Below are positions 13,606 to 26,903 of a stretch of 64,000 bases of DNA, in pieces. Made by a program: the position numbers and the translations under genes. Position 1 is the stretch's first letter. Each line of letters begins with the position of its first letter. The notes under the pieces were generated by a model. The model was not told where the DNA came from and made no database searches. It saw only the letters and a list, made by a program, of their open reading frames with translations. The DNA is from Basidiobolus meristosporus CBS 931.73 (taxonomy: Eukaryota; Fungi; Basidiobolomycota): contig MCFE01000332.1 in the NCBI GenBank assembly GCA_002104905.1, forward strand, positions 1 to 64,000, read 5' to 3'.

Positions 13606-15989
13606 TCATGCTTGATACATGCTACCAGCCCATTAGTTGCAGCTATTATGAACCAAGAACAAGCCTATGGGTTTGGAAACCTCTCTTCACCACATCCCAA
13701 GAGCTTCATTTGAAGAGGAAGATTATTTCCATACCACCAGTTTCCCTGAGTATGTATCCTAGATGGGCTGTAAACTTTCTAGTTAGTTTCTGAAGATTCA
13801 TTACACATCCCAGGACTGAAGTTCAATGGCATATATCAGTGAAATTAGGTTGTGAGGGAACTGATCAGTTGCCTATGGCTAGCGAATTTTGTAGCATGTT
13901 GCTCACAGGTAATGATTGTCCGGCCAATAAGCAACTGAGAATAGCAAGTGTCCAGGCTTTAAACCTTGTCTGCGAAGCCTAGAGGTCGGGTGTAACAATT
14001 CAATTATGACATTATCGCTGGCTACAATCTGAGGGCATAACTTTAGGCACATCCATCAGCACATTCTCCCATCCTTAGGTATGCATTATTGGCAACACGC
14101 TGTTCCAGTATATATGGGATAAGGTGCCATATGATTCCCCTTTACTGATGGAGTGCTGCACCAAGGTGTACAAATAGGGGAATAATGGCCTGGTGAAATT
14201 AGTTCTAGTTGGGTGGTGATGATAAAAATATCGACTTCCATATGCGTGGTCCGATTTAGATAGGTAAAATATGATGCCGAAGTGCCAAGTTCGATAGTGC
14301 TACGAAATGATAGCTATGCTTGTGCTTCCTCTCAAGATCGACTAGTCACTTTGGAAAATACTGGGAGCCTCTCCAAATGTGAGATGGTTCCTACACCGAA
14401 TGTATATCATTCAGGACAAATTGTTGCGTAGTTCTTGCGGACCTACCCGACCCGCATTTGATTCCCATGATTTTCTACAGCTCGACATGCGGCAGAGCCA
14501 GTTTCTGAGTGCGAGAGTGGTGCGATAGAGGTTGGACATCTGAAGCTTAAAAGGTCTGATTAATTTGGCAACTCCCTGAGGATACCAACTGGCTGCTAGT
14601 GGCATCATCGTGGTGAACCCACTGGGATTGCGGTTGACTCACTAATCGCGTGTGTGGTAAGAGATGTTTGGGCTTCATAGAAATGGCCCAATGTCGCCAG
14701 TTCCCATATGCATGCTGACTGGCCGCAATCTCAGCGAGTGGTTGGTTCGTAGCTAGTCATCGCCAGTATTCAACCCTTGCCAACTTTTGCATTCCCGGGA
14801 ATTCCTCATCCACAACGTTGTTGAATTCCTGGCAATGCATGCAGTACGTCCTCTGGCACAAGTCCAATCGACTGCCATCAACATGTAGATACGGAAGGTC
14901 CAGCATCTCCATCGCTTATCGGTGAACTTTGGTTGAAGTGTGTTCGCGAACGTTGTATCGGGTACCGTACTAATTGGGCACTAGGCGGTAGGCTATATTT
15001 ACCCTCAGGCCAGGGAAATAACTAGTCCCATCTCATGGGGTAGGATTCCATAAATCAATCAGAATCTAGCCATGGATCCCGGCTGTGGCGCTTCCTTAAC
15101 CAGTGCACGGGTGCCCGTGTTGTGCGATTTATCAACCTCGGGGGATACACACCGTTGGAGTAATCCTCTACCATAAGGGAACCAAGCCGATCCTCACTCG
15201 AAAATCATTGAACCCAGATTCTTGGAATGGGCCTCCGCTGGTGAGGTGTGGAGCTCGATGATGATTAGGTTAAGCCATATATTATTTTGGTTGAACGCCT
15301 GAGTAATGATGTAGTCCCAATGACTGTCCTTGAGCCCGAGTGACTGCGCCATCGAAGAGTCCGTTGCAAGCCGTTTGAGTAATACCAGTCCTTAGGACCA
15401 TTGTTGACGGTAAAGATGATGGAATCACTACAATGGTTTGGTCCCAAATATACTGATGCCTCATCGGAGTAGCAAGAGCTATATCGTATGCTTGTCGATA
15501 TATCTGATGGTTCAACGCTGTTGTGAGAGTGGGAGCTTGCGTCATGTTGATTGCAGAAAGAGCTGTGGTGAAGGTGGCCCTGGAATTTTCATATCGCTAT
15601 ATATGCCGTGCTTCGCATATTATCCAACGAGTCCATGCACCACGCACATCGTGTAGTATACACCGTCTGCTGATATTGCACTGGAAGTATGCCATGCACT
15701 TGAATTTATTTTAAGAACCTCCTATATCGGTGATACCTTTATACATCGTCCGTAGTCTCCAAATAAAAATAATGGTGGACTTCACTGGATACGGTATATT
15801 TATCCTCGAATTCCTATCTTCCAGTCTGCCAATGGTATTGCTGCTGGAAGATGCCTGATACTGAATGGGCCAGAGATCAATTGCCAAACATGGAATCGCG
15901 ATGACTACCCACCGCGAGGCTGCTCACCAGGAGGAAGCTATATAAGCCTCACTTCCGTGCTCCAACGGTTATTTTAGTCAGCCATTACA

Positions 15990-17136
15990 ATGAAACAAAC
16001 CATACTGGACATTACACTCCCCGCGAAGTTCCTCGTATTACACGGGCCTCCAGCTGAAGCGGCTGGGGCTGTTTTGAGAGGCTGCGTGATTCTTCGTGTG
16101 AAGGAAGCAGTCAAGCTTAGATCGTTGACGTTAGAGTTGAGAGGGAAGGTTGATGTCAAATGGGCTCCTGGTATGTACGCCACCCACACATTGGTCCATG
16201 TATCCCACCCCCCTCACGCATGACTAATTGATTTCCTTAGTGATCAGCTCCAAACCTGATACTCTTCCCATCAAAAAAACCGTCCTGAACTCATCGCTGA
16301 TCATTTTAGAGCCGCGAGAGCATTTTCACACCATCCCCATAGGGGAGACCAAGTACGAGTTCGAATTCCCTTTCAACGGAAACCTGCCTGAAACCGTTCA
16401 CACGGATCACGGCCACATTCACTATTCTCTCAAGGCCGTCGCCGAGCGCTCCTTCCTGCTTAGGAACATAGTGGCCAGAAAGGATGTCCTCGTCAAGAGA
16501 TTCTCCTCCACGAACCGCATAGAAGATACGGAGCCGCTTTCCTTGATGCGGGTCTTCAATAGTGACGCTGCTTGCAACGTGTCCATCCCCAAGAAAGCTT
16601 ATGGGCTAGGCGAAACATTCCCCATTCGATTCCAATTGATCCCTTTCATGGAGAGCATCCATGCTACCAGAGTTACTTGCAAGCTCAACCAGACGGTCAG
16701 CTACGGGGATCCCCGAGCAGGGAAGCTTCGCTCGTTCAAAAAGGAGCGAGTGGTTGCTTCTCAGGAGCTCGAGGGAGATGAGTTGATCCTCCCGGTGAAG
16801 ATTTCGTCGCAAGGAGTCTTCTATCCCGCGTGCAGTACTGATTATATCTGCAACGAGCATGAGATGTCTCTGAAGATCGACTTCATCGTCAAGGGAAGGC
16901 ATGAGGTAGGCTACATCCGTTTTCCATTCACCATTGCCGCAGAGAGCAGCGACGAGTTCTTTGATGTCCTCCCACCTTACACTTCTCACCCTCCTGGCCC
17001 CATCACCTTTACCCTTCCATCGGACCATCACGAGGCCTACGAGGTGGGACAGATCGAAAATGATCTCCCATCGTATGAGGCCTGCTGCTGTGATGCTGAG
17101 CCGTCGGCGGTTATCGTGTTACCTGCCAAAAATTGA
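15990..17136 (+). CDS. Alpha-arrestin (ART/Rod1-like ubiquitin-ligase adaptor), 2 exons
   Basis: Arrestin_N motifs LRGCVILRVKE, YEFEFPFNGNLPETVHTDHGHIHYSLKAVAER. Arrestin_C SIPKKAYGLGETFPI. PY-like motifs LPPYT and LPSYE. In-phase intron 16171-16240. Confidence 0.88.
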
Positions 17137-18629
17137 CTAGCCACATAGGCTGGCATATTGTGTACACATCTATACATATTCTTACCCATCGATCGTCCAC
17201 TCACGTATACATAGAACCGAGTCACCTGTAGATATCTGTAACCATGAGTCATTTCATTCATCCATCCATCCGCCGCCCTCCCAGACGGCCTTCCCACCGT
17301 GCAATAAATCTTGTGACACCACTTCCTTCTGGCATTCTCTGACCAAAGGTACCTCGCTGGGGGCCATATGTGGGTGGAATCACACGGTTCTCGCGCTGCC
17401 CAAACGAGGGAGGAAGAGGCGCAATCTTAATCCCCCCGAGGTGCCGATCCAAAAATACCGGCCGATCCAGGCCTTCACATACTCACAGTTCATTTATGAC
17501 GTGAGGCGGCAATTGGCAGTGGGTGAGATGGTCCATGGCACCCGCCAGGCCAAACCTCATTGTAACTAGGGTTTCAGAAGTCAAGATGTGCAATCCAGCC
17601 CATCCCATGCAACCGGTACATCAATCGATAGTCGCTTGCCCCGTTGTCAGCTCAGGTCATTGACGCTGGGGTGGGCAGACAAGCTTTGGATTCGTCAGGT
17701 TCCAAGCTCACCTTCGGGACCGAAAATCTGACTGGGGTCTCGGAATAATGTACCATCCCGTCCAACTAAGTAAATCCCCGTGATTTCGAGGTCCCTTTTC
17801 AGGGCCCACGGAAGGTCGTCTTCACCAACACTGGTCAGGTCGCTCTTTCGCCCCCACCGATGAGGACTCATTGTGCCCTCCTGATGCCCTCGATGTGGCT
17901 CATGATATTCCCAGGGATTCTCACTACCAGTGAGCCATCTCCGTAAGGAACATTCGCTTTGCGTTATGCCTGGCACCAACCACCACCGGACCAAAGGGAT
18001 CTACTTGTATGGAGGGTTAGGCGCTAGTCACATCCAGCCTTTCCACCCCAAGTCTGCGCTCCGTGGAGTTCTACATCTGGTAGCAGGGAGCTCACTGTTG
18101 AGAAGTTTGCGACCCTGGCTGGACCAGATCGAGCCCAGCCCTAGACCGTCACTGCGTGCACGTTGGTTGTAAATTGTCTAGGATGGGATGAATAGCACTC
18201 CCCAGGCGACACTCCGCCCTTGGCCTCCAGTGCGTTCAGTCAGCGCCCAGTACACTTAAGAAACCTAGCTTGAGGTAATCCCTGTTCTACACCAAGACCT
18301 TGACAAGTCCTACATGGGTTGATGCCGATCATTAGATACGGACCCTGTTTTCAGCGGGCCCGCATCAGCCAATGCAGCTGCTAGTAACAATGAATCTGGG
18401 CCAGCTTATATCCCTGGAGTCTGTGTTGGCTGCCAGTGGTGGATAGGTTCTTGTTCTACTGGTCGAGGCTCCCACCAGGTCTCCATCACCACTCATCAGC
18501 AACAGTTGATTGTATTCCATGTTGGCTGCTCTGCAACCACATTACAATCCCAGGATACCTGGGGAGCCCACCAGTGTCCAAAGGAAGATCGAGTACCCTC
18601 CAGGAGATTTTGGGACCTTTTCAAATCAG

Positions 18630-20290
18630 ATGGATTCCAAGTTTCTCAAAACTGGCAACACTCGATATTGCCGGCACTGGCTACTGGGTGGACAAGCAAA
18701 CATATTTTCTGGGAGGAGACCAGGCCAGCCAGCATTCATGCCAAGTTTGGCAACCATCTGCCTACTACTTCCATCAGAAACTGCAACTGTAAACATGAAG
18801 GAAAAGCAGTGGCTGAATACCAGCAAAATACCATAAGAATACCAGCAGAATACCAGACCAAATCTGATGATCCCCATGCTCAGTATTTTTGTACAGGTCT
18901 CTACATGCCAAGCAAGATGGAGTGGAGAATGGATACAGTAGCAGCATAGGTTTAATGCATTCATCATTATGCTTGTAGCATAGTTGCTCCAATCCCTCAC
19001 AAACTCCTTGCACAAAACCTGTAGATAAGGTAAGTTGGCAAAGATCATCCTCTTCTGGATCAAATATTCCTACAATGTCAGCATATGACTCCTAATGCTT
19101 CCTATATACTCAGAGTAGGTATTGCCTTAGAAGGCCACTAAGACAAATATGTACAGAGTTCATTCAATCCTTGCATTTGTGTTGTTTCCTATGAATATGA
19201 CCATCATTTGGAGCTTGTGAGAGGTATCTTGGGCAACTTATACTTGATAAAATCTTGCCAATTCTTTTGAACTTCTCTGGTAGCTTGAAGGAGGCATTAT
19301 AATTAAAATGACCCACACACAACTTGTTCATCAGTATAGGGATACTGTTGAAGAGCAAATGCATTGCTTTCAGTGCAAAGCTTTTGCTCCAACAGATTCC
19401 CCCTATCTTTAGTATATCCAGTTTTTGATTAATGCTATATTCTGGCCTATGGCTTATAGCTAGCCATCTTTGCTGCAATTGCATACTGACTTTGGTATGT
19501 TCTCTCTGTGGGAAGATGATGTTCTTAATATTGATGCTTGGATAATAAAAAGGTGTGTGAGTTATGGAGTAAATCCTCTGGATTTCACACATTTCACAGC
19601 AATACTATCCATTGTGCTCAGAAAAGCCAGCTATCTTGCTGATGGATGGGGTACACCAATGCAGATAACAATATTTACTTTGACATGATGGTCATTTACT
19701 ATTATCATACTGGATAACATACAAAAATTCATCCAGCAATGGATACATGTAGCTATCCAGGTTAGATAGTGATTTAGCCCCAGATATCAGTGAGACTTCC
19801 GTCAGACTCCTTGTCTGATAATGTTAGAATGGCAGCAGATTCAGGTTGATGTGAATCACTGGCCAGCAGGATTTGCTGACAGAGTACTTGTTCAGTTAGA
19901 GTCCATCATGTACCAAGGCAAAGGCATGGCCACAACATTGCAGCATTTACCAGTGAATAGATTACTGAGCTGACATGGCTCCATAAAGTTTTTTAAACAA
20001 AGAATTGCTTGGTAAAGCACTAACCATGGTCCTTGTAATACTTTCGATACTGTCTGCATGCTTCATGGATTAGAAGCTTGTTACAATAGCCACATGGTCT
20101 TTTGTCACTTCTCCTACACCTTTGAATCAAAGTAGTCTTGTCCATGGGGTGAACAGCTTAGTACTCAGCAACATAGTACTATCATATCACTTTGTTGTCA
20201 ATACTCATGTGAGTTTAAGACAGTTGTATATTCAATACATTGCACCTACATCAATGTATAATTCAATGATGACCCACCAAAAGTAAGCAT
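18630..20290 (-). pseudogene. Degraded CACTA/EnSpm-type (Transposase_21-like) transposase remnant
   Basis: Broken frames with MHLLFNSIPILMNKLCVGHF, CCYCIHSPLHLAWHV and SCWPVIHINL, which resemble fungal tnp2 motifs. Homologous to 25-26.8 kb, 41.2-42.1 kb and 53-59 kb. Boundaries are approximate. Confidence 0.6.
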
Positions 20291-20978
20291 TATGAATAAA
20301 GCTGAGGCATCAGATACCTACATATATGTAACACTCTTTCCCACTTGGCTTGTCCACTTCCATATATACACCATCCCAAATAGAGCAAAGTTTCCTAGTT
20401 CTCAGCTATACCCCACTGCAGACAGTAGCAAAATAACAATTAGACAACAACTTGCTTTAACATTCAGTGCAACAAGCAGGGCTACATCCAAAGAAGGCCT
20501 TGTAGACAGTGTACCCACTGAAGGTAATAATGCGGACTCCTCAGGCTCTCAGTCAGGTAGGCAATTGCAAGTCTTTGTGGAGCCTCAAGCTAACCCCTCA
20601 GGAAAAAAATTAAGAAAAGGCCAGCAAAACACCACCATAATATCAGCTGAATTCCAAGTCTCTCAAAACTGACAATTCTCAATATCTCCACTGTTAGCTG
20701 ATGGACAGGCAAGCAAACAAAGTTTTCAGGAGGAGACTAGGCCAACTAACATCCATTTCAATGTTGGTAACTAGCTGCCTGTTACTTCCATCAAAAATTG
20801 CATTTGAAATTTTGAAACAAAAACACCAGCTTAATAGCAGCCACATATATTAGAATACTGGCAGAATACCAGCTAAGAATCAGATAAATTACATGTTTGA
20901 GATTTTTCATAGTGACAATAATAATCAGGCAGATGCAAATGTAGCAAATGCAATACCTCCAGCAGAAGACCAGCAAAT

Positions 20979-21185
20979 AGACTTGTTCCATTGTACTGTG
21001 CCAGGGTGTGCAGCACAATCCGCAGTCAGCAAGAACTATCAGGTCCAATGCTATAGCTACTGGTAGGCAGGAGTGCTCTTGGACATTTTTGCACTATGTG
21101 TGATGATCATGCACACTATGGCACCATATGATACAATGAGGTTGGCATGGATGATTGTGCCAACTTGTAATGTTTGCATCACATG
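20979..21185 (-). mobile_element. PHIS-family right-end fragment in inverted orientation
   Basis: Begins AGACTTGTTCCATTGTACTGTGCC, the reverse complement of the right TIR, preceded by AAT. About 200 bp of subterminal homology to 63570-63776. Confidence 0.85.
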
Positions 21186-21349
21186 GGCCCCCATCCAAAG
21201 GATGGAGGGGTGGGGGCTTGGTGATTCCACAACTGGAGCATCCCCCTAGACCAACTGGGTGGGGGTGGGCTATGCCATCCTCATCCTTCCCCCACATCCT
21301 GCCAAGGAACATTGTACAGTCTTTGAAGCACAACCACAGTGCCAAAAGA

Positions 21350-21935
21350 TAAAGCCCACAGAAAAACCTATCACAGCATGGAAGGGAGAAAATGTAGTGT
21401 TTATGCCAAAGCCTAAAAATCAAAGACATTGAAGATCTGCAAAGCCATTGAGTGCAATGATGAAGAGTGGGCTTATACTCAAGAGGCTGTTAGAAGTCTA
21501 GCACACCAACACATCAAGGCAGGCATACCATGGGACTATCAGGAACTCAAGGCCAAGCAGAATGCACTTGACTTGCTTCATGAGCATTATCCTGGATTCA
21601 AACAAGCAAACAGTTTTTGGGCCAGCATTGGTATGCTAAGAAAGCATCTCAAGAACCGCAGAAACTATCAGAAGTGGATGAAGAAGGGTGCAATGGCTAA
21701 AAACCAGTGGCTTCCTCAAGAGCCTGTAACAAGCAGGGCCAAAAGCTTGATACAAGAATCAAAGAGGCATCAGGTAGCTGGAAGAGTGCCAATAAGAGAA
21801 AAGCAGGCAGACTCAGATGCACCAGCACAACATCTACCAATAAAAAAGAGTAGTTCTACTCAAGAAGCACTCAGTCAAAGTAGCAGTGAAAGACTTGACA
21901 GTGATAAAGGAAAAGGTAAAGGGGAAAAAGTCTAC
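21350..21935 (+). pseudogene. Fragment of an uncharacterised repeat-associated ORF (second copy at about 47.7-48.5 kb, minus strand)
   Basis: KICKAIECNDEEW...LLHEHYPGFKQANSFWASIGMLRKHLKN matches 48000-48266 (LHEHYPGCKQANRFWASIDMLRKYLMN). Confidence 0.6.
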
Positions 21936-24377
21936 TAAGTGTGTCAAAAGGAAATCCAGTGGTAGTGATGGGATTGATGAGAAAAGACCATTTAGATGAG
22001 TAAGTCATATTAAAATTAGTAGATGATTGGGCTGAAGTGATTTGGATTGATTTGGCACATTCAGCTTTATTTATCTGATTTTCCATGCATTATGATTAAA
22101 TCTCCATCAATTGCCATGTATCCCATCATTGTGTTGCATAAATCATCCTCAAACAATGACTTGGTATTTTTATTGATGTTTTACTCACAAGTCTATATTC
22201 AAATAGGAAATCTGAGATTGATGTGATCTGATCTGTGTCAATGTAATCTAAGATGCATCATGCATAATATATGGAAAGTTCAACAATCACATTAGTTTTC
22301 ATATATATTTCATATAAGACCAGGTTGATGCCAATACACTACTGTTTAAGTATCCAAATCAGTCACTATTGTCCCTATACCAAGTCTCAACTCCTCTTTA
22401 GTACAACGCAGACAAAACCTATCACCCAGCTCACAAGAATGGTCCTGACCAGAAAAGCTGATGTTGGGTCCATTTGAGTTCTTGCCAAATGATTTCAGTA
22501 TGGCCCAAGTGTCTATGATGAGCCTTCATACAGATATTTGGGCACTACGCATTAATCTAGCAGAACTAGATACCTTGGAGAGTTGACAGAGATGGAAGAA
22601 CCTGAGTAGAAAGCTGTGGCATGAGTTTTACATCAAGATGCCAGCGGATTTATGTAAGAAGATATACAACAAGACAAATATTGAAATCAAGAATGAGCTG
22701 GGGGTGAGGGGATTTGATGAGGAAGCCATGGAGGATTGATTTTGCACGCAGTTTGCACAGTATGGGCCAGATGTGTCTGTTTGTGCCTCAACTTTGGGAA
22801 CCAAAGAGATTTGAATGAGTTTTAGCCTCAAATGACTAATTTATTACATGATATATTAGTAGAGCTAAGTGGCTTCCAAGAGCAATATACACAGGACTCA
22901 TCCAGGCAACAGTTCCAAAGTATCAGACAGAAGGTAAGTGAATACCTTGAAAAATCAGAGGGTGAGCTTCAAGAGGAAGAATACAGACCACAAGCAATAG
23001 TGTCTAGATTGCACCAGCACACCTTGCTGGATTCCTTATCATCCTTTGAAACTTCAGCATGCCAGTGCATGTCAGTCCAAACTATGCCAACACCCTTCTC
23101 AAGAGCACACTGCATTGAGTCAATGCATGTTGGGTCAACATGCATGGTTCAGAGCAAAGCCACTAGAATTTGCCAAACTGCTCATTTAGACACAAGTCCA
23201 TTGGAGCATTCCAAGTTGCATCAACAAGCAGCATCACATTGAACCCAGCCAAGGGGCATGCAAGCGCATCAAGTTGCATCTGCGCATACCATTACACCTG
23301 ACCATCAGCAAGTTTCTTCTGGTGAACTGACTGATGATGACCCACATGAAGTGCTTCCACCACCAGAGCCTTTGGCAAGTAAAAAAACACATCCACATGT
23401 AGCACTGCAGGCTGGCTCAGTTGCATCATCCGGAGTAACTCAGCATGGTTAAGCTGCAGCATTGCACTCATCAACTAGAAGGCAAAATATTGACTACAAA
23501 TACATAAGTAGCCAAGAGGATAGTCAACAAGAAAGTAGTTTAAGTGTGCAGAGTGAATCACTACCAAATGCTTCAGTAGTAATCCCTGCAAGAAAAAAAC
23601 CTAGGAAAAGATGATGCAATTGCATTGAACTGATATCATTTGTCATGATTCAAACAACTAATTTTTTTTGCAATCGGCATTAAGCCATTGCAAATCAGTG
23701 ATCACTAAATTTTTGATATAAGCAATATCAAGGTTGTCTCACATTTGAGACAGGACCCCTATAAATAAACACCCTGAATATGTATACATCACCTGTGGCA
23801 CCAGTGCAGCCATTTGATCTGATTTGTACCTATATGATTGGTTGCATGCTAGCTATGAAACCTTGTCCAATAACTAGGATCAGGGATTTACTTGCTTAAT
23901 GGGCAAAATGGGATATTTGATTGCAAATCAGGTAGCTTGTGTATTGGTCAAAGTGCCAATTGGGGTCTGGCAGCTTTGGGATACTTTTAGACCAATTAAC
24001 CACTGAGATACCATCCAATTGGAGTGATAGTAACCAAAATAGCAAGTATCAGGTTAGTTTATAGTGTGATATGTATTTATTTCCATTTACATTAAAGAAA
24101 CATATCCAAATACCAGATTTTACCTACCATAATAGCGGTATCCAATTGCACATGTGATGCAAGCATTACAAGTTGGCACAATCATTTGTGCCAACCTCAT
24201 TGTGTCAGATTGTGCCATAGTGTGCAAGATAGTCCCACATGGTGTAAAATAGTCCCACATGGTGCAAAATTGTCCAAGAGCAATCCTGCCTACTGGTAGC
24301 TACAATATTGCGCCCAATTGTTCTTAGAAACTGCGGATCATGCCGCGTGCCCTGGCACAGTACAATGGAAAAAGTCT
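21936..24377. mobile_element. PHIS-family copy lacking its left end and most of the transposase; degraded ORF2; right TIR intact
   Basis: Colinear with 61350-63776. Ends GGCACAGTACAATGGAAAAAGTCT followed by ATT. Confidence 0.85.
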
Positions 24378-24649
24378 ATTGTGTGAGTAGGAGTGTTGAA
24401 ATAATTGGGAGTCCATGTTTGATTCTACTCAGCTTGTGTAGAGATGTGAGAAGTTTGACATTGGTACTTAGTAAAGAGTTGAGTCTCTTGAACTTAAAAG
24501 CTTTAGTTTTGTCTATTTATGTGCTGGTTAGCAGCTTGTAGTAATCATTAGGAGACCCATCTAAAGAAGCAGGATAGTTTTCCTCTCCATGAGCTGTTTA
24601 ACTGTTGAACTGTGATCAAGAGCACTGCAAATAATTGCCATCTTTGCCA

Positions 24650-24980
24650 GTATATTTTTGTGCTATTGTATTATACTTAGGATGCCGGTCTCAGTCTGTA
24701 GAGTAATTATGTGTGTCCAGATACATTATGTCAGCATTTAGGCTACAACTATTTTCTAGTAGCTCTACAAAAAGGGTTTATGCAGAGCACATTTTGAGAA
24801 GGCTGTCTTACATCCATCTGGTTTATATTCAGACTTTTACATAGCCAGGGATAAAACCACCCCACTGGAGCTTAGCCTAGCTACCACATCAGCTGCTTTC
24901 TTGAGGCATATTTCCTGAGCCTAGACAATGCCATGAGCTATCAATCCAGCCTGGTGATTGCAGACTAAACCATTGACAAT
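24650..24980 (-). pseudogene. Ty1/Copia reverse transcriptase remnant
   Basis: The minus strand reads LIAHGIV*AQEI...VVARLSS...then, after a frameshift, QMDV(K)TAF. This resembles the Copia RT motifs RLVAKG.Q...VARL.S...QMDVKTAF. Confidence 0.5.
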
Positions 24981-25049
24981 CATCTTAAGCTTTTGAGTCC
25001 AACTTTGCCTTATTGATTGTGTTGCTTTTGGGGAGTCTATCAGTTCTTA

Positions 25050-26850
25050 CATCTTGGTTGAATATCTCCTTTTGAAAGAAGGCTTAGTTCTGTGGGTGCA
25101 TCCAATCCAGCTCAACCATGAGGGTCCCATAAAAAGGCTCTCATAATGCTAGCAGCTTGGAATTGTTGACCCTCTTGAGCAACTCTTGATGGAATCACAA
25201 CAGTGTATTTCTTAATTTACTTTTATATTGGTTGATACACTAGATGATTGTTTAAGGGCTCTTTGGTGGGATTTGAATTGTATTTGAGCCTTCATTTAGC
25301 AGACTATACTTATTTTAGCAGACCCAGCTGGCCATTACAGGCAAGTGTTACATATAAACAAGAACCTTTCAGTACTTTGATGGCCCTGATGTGGACATCT
25401 GCCAGTAATATAATGGCAATTCCCCAACCTACAGCTAGTCCTGTGGAATACTACCACACCAATATGCTAGGTAGCAGTTTATTCATCTACCTCCCCTTGC
25501 ACCACTTATACATTCCGCTGTAAATTCTCCTCTATATATTTGCTTAACCAAATATCACATTGGTATTCTACATATAGTTGGACTTAAAAAACAATAGCCT
25601 TTTACTTAATAGCCTTGATACTTGCATAATAGCTGCAACTAAAGCACCTCTATCACCTCAACTTTATGGCTTCCAGAGTGATATTTGTAAAGTAGACATA
25701 TCCATTCTATTGCATGTAGCAAATACATCCTGTATAAATGGGTTTGGCTGCCATCTCATTTGTCATGAGTACCTCATGCATATCCTATGTGATGGTGCAT
25801 CAGTCTAGGGGACTGATATATCTAACAGTTCTCAAGTATTTTTGCATGTGGGGTATTCACTAGGTACAATAATATCTGGCAATGCTTACAAGGAATATAT
25901 GGGATAGTCTCTACTTTAATGTTAAGGAGAATAAAACTTCAAGCTTGTGAAGGGAAACCATTGGGCTACAACCCCCAGCTTAGTTGGTATCATGACAAAA
26001 GTATGTGTAGAGCTCAGTATCCTTTAACAGGACAATGTACTAGAGCTTCCAAAGTGAAAATAGCTAATAATCCACCAGCAGCTATTTGATAAGAAAGCAG
26101 CTATGGCTAATAGTTGCACAGTTGGAAAATATATTTGCATGTACAAGTATTAATCTGAGAAATAATCAAATGTAATAAGCAACTTGTAAACCAAGAATAG
26201 CTTACAAAAAGTGCCTCTACAGTCAGTTGGTTGCCACTGCAGTTTTCCAGGAGTGTCGCAATGTCCATATTCTTGCTTATGGCTTTTAGATTGCCACCTT
26301 TGCTGCAATTGCATGCTGTCTTCTGTACATTTTCTTGGCATGAATATGTTGATCCTACTGTAAGCATTTTGATGAAAGTAATGTGTTTTTATTATGGAGT
26401 ACACTCCATTGATTTAGTACATTTGATAGCAACACTGTCCACTATGCCAGAAAATCCAACTCTCTTGCTCATGGCTGGGTAGCTTTGATGAAGCTTGTAA
26501 TACTTGGCTTAACCTGATGGCCATTCACAACTATTGTGCTGGACGCATACATTATTCATCCAGCATTTGATACTGGTGGCTATCCAACTTTTACAGTGAT
26601 ATATACCAAGATTGATGACACGACCATCAGAATTGTGATCTAATACCTCAAGATTGGTAGCAGATTTGGGTTAATAGGAATTAGTGGCCTGCTTAGCCAA
26701 TATGGCGGAAACATACCAGTTCTCTAGCCACAACATTGCATCATTTACTACTATGTAGAGTACCAGGCTCACTTGGCTTCACACAGTATCCTTGGCCTTT
26801 TTTCAATTGGTGCTCTCCCATGCCACATTGGGACTTTGGCGGTTTCATGC
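25050..26850 (-). pseudogene. Degraded CACTA-type transposase remnant
   Basis: Homologous to 18.8-20 kb (MQLQQRW... segment at 26107-26367). Multiple stops. Boundaries are approximate. Confidence 0.5.
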
Positions 26851-26903
26851 AGTTGTGAAGTGAGAAAGGCTCAAAATCTATCAGCAAGCCTTCTTCTTCA
26901 CAG

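Noticed and set aside
13512-13793. ORFs with RVRVRVRV / LGLGLGLG
   Set aside because: Translation artefacts of the TTAGGG run.
14400-14910. Cys-pair pattern CQRTYCMHC on the minus strand
   Set aside because: It sits in a stop-riddled frame and is too short to assign to a zinc-finger family.
17300-18240. GC-rich segment, possibly a non-LTR retroelement remnant
   Set aside because: Only a weak PW...RDL resemblance; no RT or endonuclease motif and no termini.
21921-21936. TIR-like GGAAAAAGTCT+ACT at the junction of the truncated PHIS copy
   Set aside because: The homologous ORF at about 47.7 kb has similar native sequence, so a chance resemblance is likely.
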